Numbered from the stretch's first letter, positions 22,927 through 34,592 are shown. The stretch: 64,000 bases of DNA from Bacteroidaceae bacterium (GCA_024401095.1 JAKSLR010000011.1:13684-77683); one strand, 5' to 3'. The notes: generated by a model not told the origin, from the letters alone. Numbers and translations are program-made.

Positions 22927-24975
22927 TCACCAAATCTTGATTCGGTTTTCTGGTGCTACATAAAGTGCATCACCCTCTTTCACGCCAAAAGCATCATACC
23001 AGGCATTAATATGTGGAAGTGTTCCGTTAACACGCCAGCGACCCAATGAATGTGAATCAGTCTTGGTACGACGAATAATTTCTGCATCGCGTACATTCTG
23101 TCCCCAAATAGACGAGTAAGCCAAGAAGAAACGTTGCGCAGGAGTCAAACCGTCAATAATCTTCTCTTCCTGACCCTTGGTAGCCTCCTTATAAGCTTCC
23201 CATGCTATTTCCAGACCTCCATGATCTGACAGGTTTTCACCCAAAGTATAACGTCCATTGGCATGTAAATCAGGCTCACCGTTCTGACCCTTCAGAACAA
23301 CAATCTTATCAAACCAGGCAGCCAGCTGGTCACCCTTAGCCTCAAACTGAGCCTTGTCTTCTGGGGTCCACCAATTTGAGAAATTTCCATCACCATCGTA
23401 ACGAGCACCATTGTCGTCGAAACCATGAGTAATCTCATGTCCAATAACTACACCGATTGCTCCATAGTTGAAAGCATCATCAGCACTCATGTCAAAAAAT
23501 GGATACTGCAAAATACCTGCAGGGAAAGTAATACCATTGCTAGTAGAACTGTACGAAGCATTAACTGTCTGTGGAGTCATACCCATCTCTGTCTTATCAG
23601 TAGGCTGGGTGAACTTGTTAGCACGCTCCCAATAATTCCATACACTTACAGCTTTCATATTCTCATACAAGCTCTTTGATGGATCGATATTTAAAGCTGA
23701 GTAATCCTTCCACTTGTCTGGATAACCGATCTTTACGCTAAACTTATCCAACTTTTCGTGTGCTCTCTTTTTAGTAACATCGCTCATCCACTCCTGCGCA
23801 TCAACACGCTTACCCATTGCAGAGAGCAAGTTCTTAACCAACTGAACCATACGCTCCTTGTTTTCTGCAGGGAAATACTTTTCTGCGTACATCTGTCCCA
23901 GCGCCATTCCCATGGTACGGTTTACAACCTGAAGGCTACGTTTCCACAGCGGAGTCTGCTCGGTTACACCCTGCAGCACCTTACCGCTGAACTCGAAATT
24001 ACGTGCCTCGATTGCAGTACTCAAGGTATTTGCTGCACCACGGATAAGATTCCATTCCATATAATTTTTCAAGGCTTCCATCTTCTCTGTGGTAAGAATG
24101 GTCTGAACCTCATCCATGAATGAGAATACGCTCACATTCACTTCATTTGGGCTAACGCCAAGAATTTTGAAGAAAGAATCCCAATTCAATTTATTATATC
24201 GACTCTTCAACTCAGCATACGAAACAAGATGATAAGTCTTGGCAGGATCACGCATCTCATCGCGGTCAAGCTGAGCAAGTGCCAAACGATTTTCAATACG
24301 CCATGCATTTTGCATCTTGTCACGAGCCTGCTTCTCTGAGCTTCCTGTCATCATGAACAAGTCAACCATCAAGTCCTTGTATGCATTACGCACAGTAACC
24401 ATGGAAGAAGTATTCTCTGTATAATAGTCCTTTTGACCCAAGCCTGTTCCGCCCTGACTGACAGCCATCAGTTTCTTGTTACTATCTTCACGATAGGTTC
24501 CAATACGGCAACCGAAGAAAGGAGAGTTTCCTGTAATCATCATCTCAGCAATATGATTGAAAAGATCATTCACCGTCTTGATAGATGCGATGGCCTTCAA
24601 GTCAGCCTTCAGCGGAGCAGCACCAGATTTGTCACGGGTTTCTGTATCCATAGCCAACTTATAAACATCGGCTACCTTCTGGGCAACAGAGCCCTTAGGA
24701 TGCTGAGTCTTTGACAGTTCTTCAATCAAATCACGAAGTTGCTGGTTTGTCTTCTGTTCCAACACTTCAAAAGAACCATAACGTCCGTATTCTGCTGGCA
24801 ATGGATTGTTTTTCATCCAATTACCGTTTGCATACTGGTAAAAATCGTCTCCAGGTCTTACACTCTCGTCGCGATTTTCTTTCTTAATGCCGCCATTCTT
24901 CTCCTGGGCATTTGCTGTAGTACTCCCCAAAAGGAGAGCAGCAGCTACAGCCATAAAAATCAGTGTTTTTTTCAT
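22927..24975 (-). CDS. pepO: M13 family zinc metallopeptidase (PepO/neprilysin-like), secreted
   Basis: HEITHGFDD (HExxH), GENLSDHGG, and a signal peptide. Confidence 0.9.
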   Translation of the reverse strand: MKKTLIFMAVAAALLLGSTTANAQEKNGGIKKENRDESVRPGDDFYQYANGNWMKNNPLPAEYGRYGSFEVLEQKTNQQLRDLIEELSKTQHPKGSVAQKVADVYKLAMDTETRDKSGAAPLKADLKAIASIKTVNDLFNHIAEMMITGNSPFFGCRIGTYREDSNKKLMAVSQGGTGLGQKDYYTENTSSMVTVRNAYKDLMVDLFMMTGSSEKQARDKMQNAWRIENRLALAQLDRDEMRDPAKTYHLVSYAELKSRYNKLNWDSFFKILGVSPNEVNVSVFSFMDEVQTILTTEKMEALKNYMEWNLIRGAANTLSTAIEARNFEFSGKVLQGVTEQTPLWKRSLQVVNRTMGMALGQMYAEKYFPAENKERMVQLVKNLLSAMGKRVDAQEWMSDVTKKRAHEKLDKFSVKIGYPDKWKDYSALNIDPSKSLYENMKAVSVWNYWERANKFTQPTDKTEMGMTPQTVNASYSSTSNGITFPAGILQYPFFDMSADDAFNYGAIGVVIGHEITHGFDDNGARYDGDGNFSNWWTPEDKAQFEAKGDQLAAWFDKIVVLKGQNGEPDLHANGRYTLGENLSDHGGLEIAWEAYKEATKGQEEKIIDGLTPAQRFFLAYSSIWGQNVRDAEIIRRTKTDSHSLGRWRVNGTLPHINAWYDAFGVKEGDALYVAPENRIKIW

Positions 24976-24984
24976 GTTCTATTT

Positions 24985-26328
24985 CTATTCTCTACCTAAT
25001 AATCTACGCTCAGCCTCCATGACCTTCTCAAACTGGAAACCAGCCATGTTCGCCTTCATTAAAGCCTCAATCTGATCGTTGCACAGGTTACCTATACTGC
25101 CTTCATGGGTATGATTTACCTCCTTGTTTGGTTTGAAGTTTCCTGCTTCAATGTCCAGACCCACCTTCTTGTATGCATCACGGAAAGGCATGCCCTCATA
25201 AGCCAGACGATTCACCTCTTCTACAGAGAAGATGAAATCATACTTAGAATCATCTAAGATATGCTCATTCACCTCAATCTTGTTGATGATATAAGCTGTC
25301 ATCTGCAAACAATCCTTCAGCTCCTGGAATGCAGGAAGGAATACCTCCTTGATGATCTGAAGATCACGGAAATAACCACAAGGAAGGTTATTCATGATCA
25401 GCATGACCTGCTGAGGCAAACTTTGAATCTTATTGCATTTTGCACGAGTGAGTTCAAAGACATCTGGATTCTTCTTATGTGGCATAATACTGGAACCGGT
25501 AGTACAATCTGCAGGAAGCTTTACAAATGCAAAGTTCTGAGAATTGAACATACAGGCATCAAATGCCAGTTTCGCTATGGTTCCTGCAACAGAAGCCAAG
25601 GCATAGGCTACATTGCGTTCCATCTTTCCTCGACCCATCTGTGCATAAACCACATTGTAATTCATACTGTCAAAACCCAACAGCTGGGTAGTCAAGGAGC
25701 GGTTCAACGGGAAAGAAGAGCCATAACCTGCAGCAGATCCCAAAGGATTACGGTTACACATTTTATAAGCCGCCTGCAAGAAAAGCATATCGTCGGCCAG
25801 ACTCTCTGCATATGCACCAAACCAAAGGCCAAAACTACTTGGCATGGCAATCTGCAGATGTGTATATCCTGGCATCAGCACATTTTTGTAACGATTGCTT
25901 TGGGCAATGAGTTCCTCAAACAAGTTATTAACTTCCTCTGCAATTTCGTGGAGCTGGGTACGTGTAAACAACTTCAAATCCAAAAGTACCTGATCGTTCC
26001 TGGAACGGCCACTGTGAATCTTTTTGCCAACGTCACCCAACTTTCGTGTCAGCATGAGCTCTACCTGAGAATGAACGTCTTCCACACCGTCCTCAATCAG
26101 GAACTCGCCACGTTCTGCTACAGCATAAATCTCCTTCAATTCTGCAAGAATGAGTTTCAGCTCCTCTGCAGTCAGCAAACCAATTGTTTCCAGCATGGTC
26201 GTATGTGCCATAGAGCCTAGTACATCATGCTTAGCCAAATAGAGATCCATTTCCCGGTCTCTACCTACAGTAAACCGCTCAATTTCGGCGGTCATCTGCA
26301 CACTTTTTTCCCAAAGTTTTGACGCCAT
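24985..26328 (-). CDS. argH: Argininosuccinate lyase
   Basis: GSSIMPHKKNPD fumarate-lyase signature; overall ArgH-like sequence. Confidence 0.9.
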   Translation of the reverse strand: MASKLWEKSVQMTAEIERFTVGRDREMDLYLAKHDVLGSMAHTTMLETIGLLTAEELKLILAELKEIYAVAERGEFLIEDGVEDVHSQVELMLTRKLGDVGKKIHSGRSRNDQVLLDLKLFTRTQLHEIAEEVNNLFEELIAQSNRYKNVLMPGYTHLQIAMPSSFGLWFGAYAESLADDMLFLQAAYKMCNRNPLGSAAGYGSSFPLNRSLTTQLLGFDSMNYNVVYAQMGRGKMERNVAYALASVAGTIAKLAFDACMFNSQNFAFVKLPADCTTGSSIMPHKKNPDVFELTRAKCNKIQSLPQQVMLIMNNLPCGYFRDLQIIKEVFLPAFQELKDCLQMTAYIINKIEVNEHILDDSKYDFIFSVEEVNRLAYEGMPFRDAYKKVGLDIEAGNFKPNKEVNHTHEGSIGNLCNDQIEALMKANMAGFQFEKVMEAERRLLGRE

Positions 26329-26334
26329 AGTTTT

Positions 26335-26829
26335 TTAATTACCGTAACCATAAGGAATCATAGCCAACATGTCTGCTATCTTCTCTACCCCTTCTCGCAG
26401 TGGCTTCTCCACCATCTTGCGGATAAAGAAATTCAGCTCTGCCTTCACAGTAAGACGCATCTTGCAACCACCAGTAGAAACTGGAAGTAGCTGAATCCAC
26501 ATGTTCATCGGAACAGGAGAATTGGCAGTTTCAAACTTGATAGTCTTGTTCAGTTCGCGTTCAATAATCTGCAAGGTTACATTACCTACAGGATTCACGT
26601 CCAAACTGACAGAATCTGTATCAAACTGCATATTCTGAACCTTCTCTGCAATAGACTGCATCTGACTTTCAGAAACCTTTCCTCCAGATGCGCTGATAGC
26701 TGCACTTTGGAAATTTGGGTCGCTGAAACGATCCTTAATAGCCGAAAGATTATTCAGATCGGCCATTTTATTATAAACCACCTCCAAAGGATAGGAGATG
26801 TACTTTACCTCACTTTCAAATTTCTCCAT
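26335..26829 (-). CDS. SRPBCC-like hypothetical protein
   Basis: 164 aa, between argH and pyrE. The fold call is tentative. Confidence 0.45.
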   Translation of the reverse strand: MEKFESEVKYISYPLEVVYNKMADLNNLSAIKDRFSDPNFQSAAISASGGKVSESQMQSIAEKVQNMQFDTDSVSLDVNPVGNVTLQIIERELNKTIKFETANSPVPMNMWIQLLPVSTGGCKMRLTVKAELNFFIRKMVEKPLREGVEKIADMLAMIPYGYGN

Positions 26830-26834
26830 AAAAC

Positions 26835-27470
26835 TTATTTACCCGTCCACTGTGATGGGTCCTTACGCCACTCTTTCAATATTTCAAGATCCTCTTTTGA
26901 AATATAGCCAATCTCTGCAGCGATTTCTGTAGTTGCATCATAGTTGCAGATAGTGACAAGCTTCAAATCAGCCTCTTTGAATGCCTCTTCTGCCACTGGG
27001 AAGCCATAGGTGTAACTAGCTACCATACCTACCACATCATACCCTGCCTTACGAAGAGCATCAACAGCCTTGAGAGAACTTCCTCCTGTTGAAATAAGGT
27101 CCTCAACAACAACTACCTTTGCACCTTCTGGGATGGTACCTTCAATCTGGTTACCCATACCATGATCCTTTGGTTTTGGGCGGACGTAACAATATGGCAA
27201 TTGAAGTTCCTCTGCAACAAGAGCTCCCTGAGCAATAGCGCCAGTAGCAACTCCAGCCACAGCAGTAGCCTCACCGAAGTTTTCCTTTACGAGTTTCACA
27301 AGTGCATTCTTCACGAAAGTACGTACCTCCGGATAAGCAAGAGTCTTACGGTTATCAGTATAGATTGGAGAATGCCATCCACTTGCCCAAGTAAATGGGT
27401 CGTTTGGTTGCAACTTAATTGCCTTGATGCCGAGAAGTTTCTCAGCAAATTCTTTCTTAATAGGATCCAT
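26835..27470 (-). CDS. pyrE: Orotate phosphoribosyltransferase (start trimmed to MDPIKKEF)
   Basis: VVVVEDLISTGGSS PRPP-binding motif. Confidence 0.9.
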   Translation of the reverse strand: MDPIKKEFAEKLLGIKAIKLQPNDPFTWASGWHSPIYTDNRKTLAYPEVRTFVKNALVKLVKENFGEATAVAGVATGAIAQGALVAEELQLPYCYVRPKPKDHGMGNQIEGTIPEGAKVVVVEDLISTGGSSLKAVDALRKAGYDVVGMVASYTYGFPVAEEAFKEADLKLVTICNYDATTEIAAEIGYISKEDLEILKEWRKDPSQWTGK

Positions 27471-27553
27471 ATTATTTCTATTTATCAGTTCATTATTTCT
27501 GTGCAAAGTTAAGGAAAAAAAACAAGATTCTTACTATTGTAAGCGCATTTCCA

Positions 27554-28063
27554 TCAAAAAACTTCTTCCCTATCTGAGAAGTCTTCGTAATCACTGTCAT
27601 CCAGCTGAAGAAGTGGGTAGATATATTTGGGTTCAAAGCCACGCGAAATGCAAAAACGAAGAAGCTTCATTTTGACATCGAAATCATTTTTCCCCTTCAA
27701 TGATTTACGCTTAGCCTTTATTAAATCCCTTAAGACGCTGATGTACCGGGATTCGTCGATTGCATCCAACAAAGGACCATATATTGATTCCGGAACCTGC
27801 TTCCGCCACAATTCCTGGCGAATCTTCAATCTTCCCCAACGGGCAAAACGCAACTTGTCATTGATAAAAGCACGAGTATAACGCTCTTCGTCAATAAAAC
27901 CTTCTTCACACAAACGGGCAATGACACGAGCCACCAGCATCTTGTCATCAGTTCCCCGTAGAAGGCGAGTACTGATTTCAGCAGAGCAATGCTCCGAACG
28001 GGCACAAAGCGAAGAACCTATAGAAAACAGTTCAGATTCCGTAAGCGATTTCTTCTCCTCCAT
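27554..28063 (-). CDS. recX: Regulatory protein RecX
   Basis: EGFIDEERYTRAFINDKLRFARWGRLKIRQEL is typical of RecX repeats. Confidence 0.7.
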   Translation of the reverse strand: MEEKKSLTESELFSIGSSLCARSEHCSAEISTRLLRGTDDKMLVARVIARLCEEGFIDEERYTRAFINDKLRFARWGRLKIRQELWRKQVPESIYGPLLDAIDESRYISVLRDLIKAKRKSLKGKNDFDVKMKLLRFCISRGFEPKYIYPLLQLDDSDYEDFSDREEVF

Positions 28064-28068
28064 GATTC

Positions 28069-28914
28069 TTATTTCTTTACAGCTTTAACCATGCGCGGTT
28101 CTCCAAACCGATCCAACCGGCACTCTACCTCATGATAGCCAAGGCTCATAAACAAAGCACATGTTTCCTTACTGAATCTTCTGTTTATTTCCACATAAAT
28201 AACCCCGCCAGCATTTAAATATTGCTGCCCTAAAATGCCCAACTGACGATAAAACTTAAGAGGGTCATCATTGGGTACAAATAAGGCTAAATCAGGTTCG
28301 TATTTCTTTACATTATCGTCCATGTCAGAACGCTCCTCGTCGGCAATATAAGGTGGGTTGCTTACCAACACATCCAGACAAGGGCCATTCCACTTTTGGT
28401 TCAAGAGATCACACATTTGAACTTCCACACGAGAAGCAAAAGGCAGGGTATTCTCTTTGGCATATTTCAATGCTAACGGAGAAACATCAACGCCAATTAC
28501 ATGAGCTTGCGGAAGCATATTAGCCAATGCTGCAGCTATACATCCACTTCCCGTACAAGCATCCATGATGGTCAAACTTGCCTTGTCCTTCTGTTCAAGA
28601 GCCACCCATTCTACCAGATCCTGAGTCTCAGGCCTAGGAATCAAGACCCCTGGCCCGACGGCCATAGGCAAACCACAGAAGTATTCATGACCCAGCACAT
28701 ATTGAAGAGGCTCTCCTGCAAGCAGACGCTTCAACATATTTTCAAGCATGACTTTTTCCGATTCAGACAAGTCCTCCTCGCCCCCTGTAAAAACAGTCAT
28801 CTGTGACAAATTCAACGGAGGTTCCGACAATAGCCTTTTGGATACAGCCCGCGCCTCTTCTACAGAGTAGACTTTTGTCAATTGATGTATTACTGATGGT
28901 AATAACTGACTCAT
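28069..28914 (-). CDS. prmC: Release factor glutamine N5-methyltransferase PrmC/HemK
   Basis: DACTGSGCIA SAM motif and VSNPPYI (NPPY). Confidence 0.88.
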   Translation of the reverse strand: MSQLLPSVIHQLTKVYSVEEARAVSKRLLSEPPLNLSQMTVFTGGEEDLSESEKVMLENMLKRLLAGEPLQYVLGHEYFCGLPMAVGPGVLIPRPETQDLVEWVALEQKDKASLTIMDACTGSGCIAAALANMLPQAHVIGVDVSPLALKYAKENTLPFASRVEVQMCDLLNQKWNGPCLDVLVSNPPYIADEERSDMDDNVKKYEPDLALFVPNDDPLKFYRQLGILGQQYLNAGGVIYVEINRRFSKETCALFMSLGYHEVECRLDRFGEPRMVKAVKK

Positions 28915-28933
28915 TTTTCAACCTTTTTGAGCG

Positions 28934-28941
28934 CAAAGATA
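28934..28941 (-). promoter_or_regulatory. TAnnTTTG box (TATCTTTG, minus strand)
   Basis: Lies 20 nt upstream of ATG 28914. Confidence 0.45.
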
Positions 28942-29079
28942 AAATAGTTTTATACATAAATTCACAAAAAGGAGTCAAAAAACCATGAAATAATCTTTAA
29001 TCGAATACAAAACGGCCTTTTTATTTATAAATTTCCCTAATTCTGGCGTTCGTCATTTCGCTCGTCACAATATTCTTTG

Positions 29080-29087
29080 TATTTTTG
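29080..29087 (+). promoter_or_regulatory. TAnnTTTG box (TATTTTTG)
   Basis: Lies 31 nt upstream of ATG 29118. Confidence 0.45.
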
Positions 29088-29117
29088 CACCTTGAATTAT
29101 AATATCGCTAATAACAG

Positions 29118-30524
29118 ATGAGAAAAAGTCTATATTTTCTACTATCTATTTTTTGTCTAGCAAGCCTCATAACCTCATGCATCAAGGATGAGACTGTAGA
29201 TTATTCTGGCTACACAAAATGCGCCATCACTTCTTTTTCTTTCAAAGACATAGAATGGGATGACACTGTGAAGAACCAGTATAATGAGGACAGTATCTTC
29301 ACAACTACCATAGCCGGAAGTGACTATCCGTTCACCATTGACCAGGAAAGAGGATTAATCTACAATGTGGATTCACTACCCGTTGGTACCCCTGTAAACA
29401 AAGTATTAGTAGAACTGGTTGCTGACGGAGAAGTTATTTACCGTCGCAATAACTCTGCTGACTCTATACCATACTACGTGAACAAAGACACTATCAACTT
29501 TTCTGCTCCTATTCACGCCATAGTCTTTGCCTTGAATGGATCAAGCACAAAAGAATATACCATTTCCCTAAATGTTCACAAACAGCATGCGGACTCTACC
29601 CAGTGGACAAGACATAATGGGGAATGGGTAGGAAAAGACCTGCAAACGCCTAAAGCCGTCACATACGGAAAAAGCGTTGCCGTGTTTGGCATCAAGGATG
29701 GCAAGCTAATGGTCACCACAGCGCCACAGGGAAGTATGAATTGGAGTACCCCAACAGAAGTTTCTGGTATTAGTGCAGAGGCAAACTACGACAATATCGT
29801 ATATTTCCAACAAGCTTTATATTTGATTGACAATGACATGCTGTATGTGTCTGATGATGCAATGAACTGGACAAAGATTCAAACCAATACTCCTGTGTCA
29901 ACTTTATTGGGATGCAATTCAAAGGAATTGTTTGGCGCCTATGACAAGTCATTCATAGTTTCTGATGATGCAATGAACTGGAACAAGGAAAATACAGAAT
30001 ACCCAGAATTCATTCCAGACAGCAATATCTTCAGCTACACCTCACAATACAATACGAACCAATATCTGGAACGGACCGTCACATTCGGTCAGATTTCAGA
30101 AAGCACAGATACCATTGCAGCAGTATGGTATCGCGACAATGGTTACCAGATCAATTACAGTAACCAGTGGGGATATATGTACACATCAAGAGATGACAAC
30201 AGCTATGCACTCCCTAACCTGGAAAATCTGGTCGTACTCTACTACAAAGACTATTTAATCGCCTTTGGAAACAAGAGTCGCAACAAAGGCAGCGCCAGAG
30301 CATTCAACCAGCTTTATGTTTCTAAGGACTGGGGACTTACCTGGAAAGGCCAGAAGAATGAGACCAAAGAAACTTATCTGGAATTACCTTCTGCTCTTTA
30401 TAGAAATGAGAATGAATTTGCAGCTTATGTCGATTCAGAATATAATCTCTGGATTCTAATGAGTAAGACAGGAGATGTGTGGTGCGGATATCTGAACAAA
30501 ATGAAATTTGCGAACAAGGACTAA
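29118..30524 (+). CDS. Lipoprotein with BNR/Asp-box-like repeats (probable beta-propeller)
   Basis: Lipobox LITSC. Repeats are SDDAMNWTK, SDDAMNWNK and SKDWGLTWKG. Confidence 0.6.
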   Translation: MRKSLYFLLSIFCLASLITSCIKDETVDYSGYTKCAITSFSFKDIEWDDTVKNQYNEDSIFTTTIAGSDYPFTIDQERGLIYNVDSLPVGTPVNKVLVELVADGEVIYRRNNSADSIPYYVNKDTINFSAPIHAIVFALNGSSTKEYTISLNVHKQHADSTQWTRHNGEWVGKDLQTPKAVTYGKSVAVFGIKDGKLMVTTAPQGSMNWSTPTEVSGISAEANYDNIVYFQQALYLIDNDMLYVSDDAMNWTKIQTNTPVSTLLGCNSKELFGAYDKSFIVSDDAMNWNKENTEYPEFIPDSNIFSYTSQYNTNQYLERTVTFGQISESTDTIAAVWYRDNGYQINYSNQWGYMYTSRDDNSYALPNLENLVVLYYKDYLIAFGNKSRNKGSARAFNQLYVSKDWGLTWKGQKNETKETYLELPSALYRNENEFAAYVDSEYNLWILMSKTGDVWCGYLNKMKFANKD

Positions 30525-30527
30525 GCC

Positions 30528-31286
30528 ATGGGATATTATAAAGAGTTGTTAGATCAGACACGAATTCCACGCCATGTAGCAATAATCATGGATGGAAACG
30601 GACGTTGGGCAAAGGCTAAAGGCATGCACCGTACAATGGGGCATCAGGCTGGTGTGATAACCGTCAAGGACATTACAGAAGCAGCCACAAACCTAGGAGT
30701 TGAGTATCTGACACTCTACACTTTTTCCACAGAGAACTGGAATCGCCCTACCGAAGAGGTGAATGCTCTTATGGGACTGATTCTCAGCGAGCTTGAAGAA
30801 GAATTGTTCGTAAAGAACCATGTGCGTTTTCGCATGATTGGGGATTTTAACAGACTTCCCCAGAATGTCCAGGACAAGATGATTGAACTGGAAGAGCACA
30901 CCAAGCATTTTGAACGCATGACTTTGGTAATAGCCATCAGCTATTCTTCTCGTTGGGAAATAACCAATACCATGAAGCTGCTGGCACAACAGGTTCAAGA
31001 TGGTGTCTTAAAGCCAGAAGAGATAGATGAAAGAAAGATTTCAGAAAGTCTGAATACATTCTTTATGCCAGATCCAGAGCTGCTCATCCGAACTGGAGGC
31101 GAACTACGACTGAGTAACTACCTTCTGTGGCAATGTGCCTATTCAGAATTATATTTCTGTGACACATTCTGGCCAGATTTTAACGAAGAGGAATTTTACA
31201 AGGCAATTTACGATTACCAACAGCGTGAACGCAGATTCGGAAAGACCAGTGAACAGGTGGTCGAAAAACAATTAGAGAATAAATGA
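30528..31286 (+). CDS. uppS: Undecaprenyl diphosphate synthase
   Basis: [14 protein letters not shown]; RLSNYLLWQ. Confidence 0.92.
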   Translation: MGYYKELLDQTRIPRHVAIIMDGNGRWAKAKGMHRTMGHQAGVITVKDITEAATNLGVEYLTLYTFSTENWNRPTEEVNALMGLILSELEEELFVKNHVRFRMIGDFNRLPQNVQDKMIELEEHTKHFERMTLVIAISYSSRWEITNTMKLLAQQVQDGVLKPEEIDERKISESLNTFFMPDPELLIRTGGELRLSNYLLWQCAYSELYFCDTFWPDFNEEEFYKAIYDYQQRERRFGKTSEQVVEKQLENK

Positions 31287-33940
31287 AAAAGATGAAAAAT
31301 ATAAAGTTCAACCTTATATTATTAGCCATACTACTCTTGAGTCCATTGGCAACCCATGCGCAGGTAGTAGTGGAAAAACCTACTGTCTCTTATACAGGAA
31401 ACCCACGTACTATAGAAATTGGTGGAATCAAAGTTGAAGGCATCAAGAACTATGAGGATTATGTTTTGATTGGTCTTTCTGGCTTGAGTGTAGGTCAGCA
31501 AATTTCGCTGCCTGGTGACGAAATCACCAATGCAATCAAGAGATATTGGAAACACGGCCTGTTCTCTAATGTAAAAATTGAGGCCGACAGCATTGTAGAC
31601 AACAAGCTGTTCCTCAAGATTATTCTGGCACAACGCCCACGTATTTCCGACATTGTTTATTCTGGTGTCAAGAAAAGCGAACGTGAAGACTTGACCAACA
31701 AGGTTGGCCTGATCAAAGGTAATCAGATAACCCCTAACATTATCGATCGAACAAAACGAGTAGTTAGACGTTATTTTGATGACAAGGGTTTCAAGAATGC
31801 AGACATTGAAGTTCTTCAAGAGCAAGATAAGGAAAATGAGGACCAGATGATTGTACACATCAATGTGGACAAGAAAGAAAAAGTAAAGGTCAACGAAATT
31901 ACCATCGTAGGTAACGACGTAATGAAGACCAACAAAGTCAAGGCTCTCATGAAGAAGACCAATGAAAGGAATAAATTCAGGAACTTCTTCAAAACCAAGA
32001 AATTCATTGACGAAAAATATCTGGAAGATAAGGAACGAATCATTGAAAAGTATAATGAATGGGGATATCGTGATGCTGCCATCGTAGCAGATAGCGTAAG
32101 TCCTTTTGATGACAATTCCGTGAATATCTTCTTGCAGATTGAAGAAGGACAAAAGTACTATGTCCGTGATATCAATTGGGTAGGTAACACCGTATTGATG
32201 ACCGATGCTTTGAACAATTCCCTCCAAATGAAGAAAGGTGATGTCTACAACCAGACACACATGAACAAACGTTTGACCAAGGATGATGACGCAATCGGTA
32301 ACTACTATTACAACAATGGATATGTATTCTTTAGTTGCGAACCTGTAGAAATTAATATTGATGGTGACTCTATTGATCTTGAAATGCGTATTTCAGAAGG
32401 TCCTCAAGCCACAATCAGTCATGTAAGAATATTAGGAAACGACCGACTTTATGAACACGTCGTTCGTCGTGAACTCCGCACAAAGCCAGGTGACTTATTC
32501 TCAAAAACTGCGCTGGAACGTTCTTACCGAGAAATTGCGCAGATGGGTCACTTTAACCCAGAAAACATCAATCCTGACGTAAAACCAGACGCAACAAATG
32601 GTACTGTAGACATCAACTACATCCTGGAATCTAAAGCCAATGACCAAATAGAATTCTCTGCCGGATGGGGACAGACTGGTGTCATCGGAAAGATAGCTTT
32701 GAAGTTCACAAACTTCTCCATGCGAAACCTTTTCAATAAAAACGCCAGACGACGTGCATTCCTGCCACAGGGAGATGGACAGACATTTACATTGAGCGGC
32801 CAGACAAATGGTAGTTACTACCAGAGCTACAACGTGTCTTTCTTGGATCCTTGGTTCGGATACAAGAGACCAAATTCTCTTTCTGTGTCATTCTTCTACT
32901 CTAAGCAGACCGATGTAAGCAGCAACTATTACAACAGTGCCTATTACAACAACATGTATAGTAACATGTACGGTTATGGCATGTATGGAGGATATGGCTA
33001 TGGCGGATATGGTGGTTATGGCGGTTATTACAACAATTACGAAAGCTACTATGACCCAGATAAGAGTGTACAGCTTTACGGTATCTCTTTAGGATTCGGT
33101 AAGCGACTGCGCTGGCCAGATGATTACTTCACCATGAGTGCTATGTTGACCTATCAGCGTTATGTTCTGAAAGATTGGCGTTACTTCATCATCAGCAATG
33201 GTACATCAAATAATATTAACTTTACTGTAGATATCTCTCGTAACTCAACAGATAACCAAATCTTCCCACGTAGAGGTTCTGAATTTTCTTTGTCAGCCTC
33301 TCTTACCCCACCATGGTCTTTGTTTGACGGAAAGGACTATGAGAAGTTAGCTCTAAATCCAAATAGCCCAACATATCAAGATGAACTTGCAGAAAAATTC
33401 AAATGGGTAGAATACTATAAGCTCAAATTCCACAGCAAGACATTTACTGCACTGAGTAGCGGAGCCAAATGTCCTGTATTAATGACACGAGTAGACTTCG
33501 GTTATCTGGGCTCATACAACAAAAACAAACGTTCCCCATTTGAAACTTTCTATGTGGGTGGTGACGGCATGACCGGATACTCTAGCAGCTATGCTACAGA
33601 AACCATAGCACTTCGTGGTTATGAAAATGGATCTTTGACTCCATACGGATACGAAGGTTATGCCTATAGCAGAATGAGCTTAGAGTTGCGTTACCCATTA
33701 ATGTTGGAAACATCAACCAGTATATATGCGTTAGGATTCTTAGAAGCAGGTAATGCCTGGGCACAAGCTAAGAATTTCAACCCATTTGATGTAAAACGTT
33801 CTGCCGGAGTAGGTGTACGTATTTTCCTTCCAATGATTGGTATGATGGGTATTGACTGGGCATATGGTTTCGACAAGGTCTTTGGCAGTGACAGATATAG
33901 CCGCAGTCAATTCCACTTTATCATCGGTCAGGAATTCTAA
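31283..33940 (+). CDS. bamA: Outer membrane protein assembly factor BamA
   Basis: 885 aa with signal peptide, POTRA-like repeats, and a C-terminal barrel ending in F. Conserved uppS-bamA-ompH synteny. Confidence 0.9.
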   Translation: MKKMKNIKFNLILLAILLLSPLATHAQVVVEKPTVSYTGNPRTIEIGGIKVEGIKNYEDYVLIGLSGLSVGQQISLPGDEITNAIKRYWKHGLFSNVKIEADSIVDNKLFLKIILAQRPRISDIVYSGVKKSEREDLTNKVGLIKGNQITPNIIDRTKRVVRRYFDDKGFKNADIEVLQEQDKENEDQMIVHINVDKKEKVKVNEITIVGNDVMKTNKVKALMKKTNERNKFRNFFKTKKFIDEKYLEDKERIIEKYNEWGYRDAAIVADSVSPFDDNSVNIFLQIEEGQKYYVRDINWVGNTVLMTDALNNSLQMKKGDVYNQTHMNKRLTKDDDAIGNYYYNNGYVFFSCEPVEINIDGDSIDLEMRISEGPQATISHVRILGNDRLYEHVVRRELRTKPGDLFSKTALERSYREIAQMGHFNPENINPDVKPDATNGTVDINYILESKANDQIEFSAGWGQTGVIGKIALKFTNFSMRNLFNKNARRRAFLPQGDGQTFTLSGQTNGSYYQSYNVSFLDPWFGYKRPNSLSVSFFYSKQTDVSSNYYNSAYYNNMYSNMYGYGMYGGYGYGGYGGYGGYYNNYESYYDPDKSVQLYGISLGFGKRLRWPDDYFTMSAMLTYQRYVLKDWRYFIISNGTSNNINFTVDISRNSTDNQIFPRRGSEFSLSASLTPPWSLFDGKDYEKLALNPNSPTYQDELAEKFKWVEYYKLKFHSKTFTALSSGAKCPVLMTRVDFGYLGSYNKNKRSPFETFYVGGDGMTGYSSSYATETIALRGYENGSLTPYGYEGYAYSRMSLELRYPLMLETSTSIYALGFLEAGNAWAQAKNFNPFDVKRSAGVGVRIFLPMIGMMGIDWAYGFDKVFGSDRYSRSQFHFIIGQEF

Positions 33941-34037
33941 AAAAATCCCAAAGACTGCTTGGAATTCAACAAAAACATATATCTTTGTAACGTTTTTGAA
34001 ATTGACAAATAATAAACTAAATAAACAAAAGAAAAAA

Positions 34038-34532
34038 ATGAAAAAGCTTATTTTGTTGGCACTGATTCTGGCTCCAATGACTTTGTTTGCTCAGAAGATT
34101 GGTGTTGTTAATCAGGGTGAAATCATTCAGGCTATGCCAGAGTATACTGCTGCACAGACAGAACTCCAGAATACCAGTAAACAGTATGAAGATGAGTTGA
34201 AGCGTATGCAGGAAGAGCTCCAGAAGAAAGCTGAAGCATTCGACAAGGAAGCAGCAAATCTGCCAGATGCAATTAAGACTCGTCGCCAGAACGAGCTTCA
34301 GGAAATGTACCAGAAGATTCAGACTTATGCTCAGGATGCACAGCAGAGCATGGCACAGAGTGAGCAGGAAAAGATGCAGGCTATTCAGGAGAAGCTGACC
34401 AAGGCTATTGAAGAAGTAGGTAACACCGGTGGTTATGCATTTGTTTTAATTGAAGGTTCTTTACCTTTTATTAATAAGAACGTTTGTACTGATATCACAG
34501 CACAGGTGAAGACAAAGCTTGGTTTGAAATAA
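34038..34532 (+). CDS. OmpH/Skp family periplasmic chaperone (start trimmed to MKKLILLAL)
   Basis: Signal peptide plus a Q/E/K-rich coiled coil; lies downstream of bamA. Confidence 0.8.
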   Translation: MKKLILLALILAPMTLFAQKIGVVNQGEIIQAMPEYTAAQTELQNTSKQYEDELKRMQEELQKKAEAFDKEAANLPDAIKTRRQNELQEMYQKIQTYAQDAQQSMAQSEQEKMQAIQEKLTKAIEEVGNTGGYAFVLIEGSLPFINKNVCTDITAQVKTKLGLK

Positions 34533-34555
34533 CACAATTCTTTGATTACTATAAA

Positions 34556-34592
34556 AATGTCGCATCATTTCCCATGAAGCGACATTTTTTTT
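34556..34592 (+). terminator. Rho-independent terminator
   Basis: AATGTCGC-15 nt loop-GCGACATT, then a T-run. Confidence 0.75.

Noticed and set aside
25261-26220. 319-aa plus-strand ORF, and similar long antisense ORFs (31331-32260 minus, 38194-38877 plus, 48293-48796 minus, 60392-60826 plus)
   Set aside because: All lie entirely antisense within genes that have unmistakable conserved motifs (argH, bamA, GH3, ispG, dusB). They are shadow ORFs.
33852-34037. N-terminal extensions given by the ORF track (OmpH here; also pyrE 27471-27506, Na/Pi transporter 41954-42079, purE 46809-46865, dusB 61253-61357, hydrolase 61086-61355, rpoN 44767-44784, lipoprotein 36075-36104)
   Set aside because: In each case an internal ATG gives a canonical N-terminus or signal peptide, removes overlaps with neighbouring genes, and leaves a TAnnTTTG box upstream. 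Several track starts are TTG codons lying inside that box.
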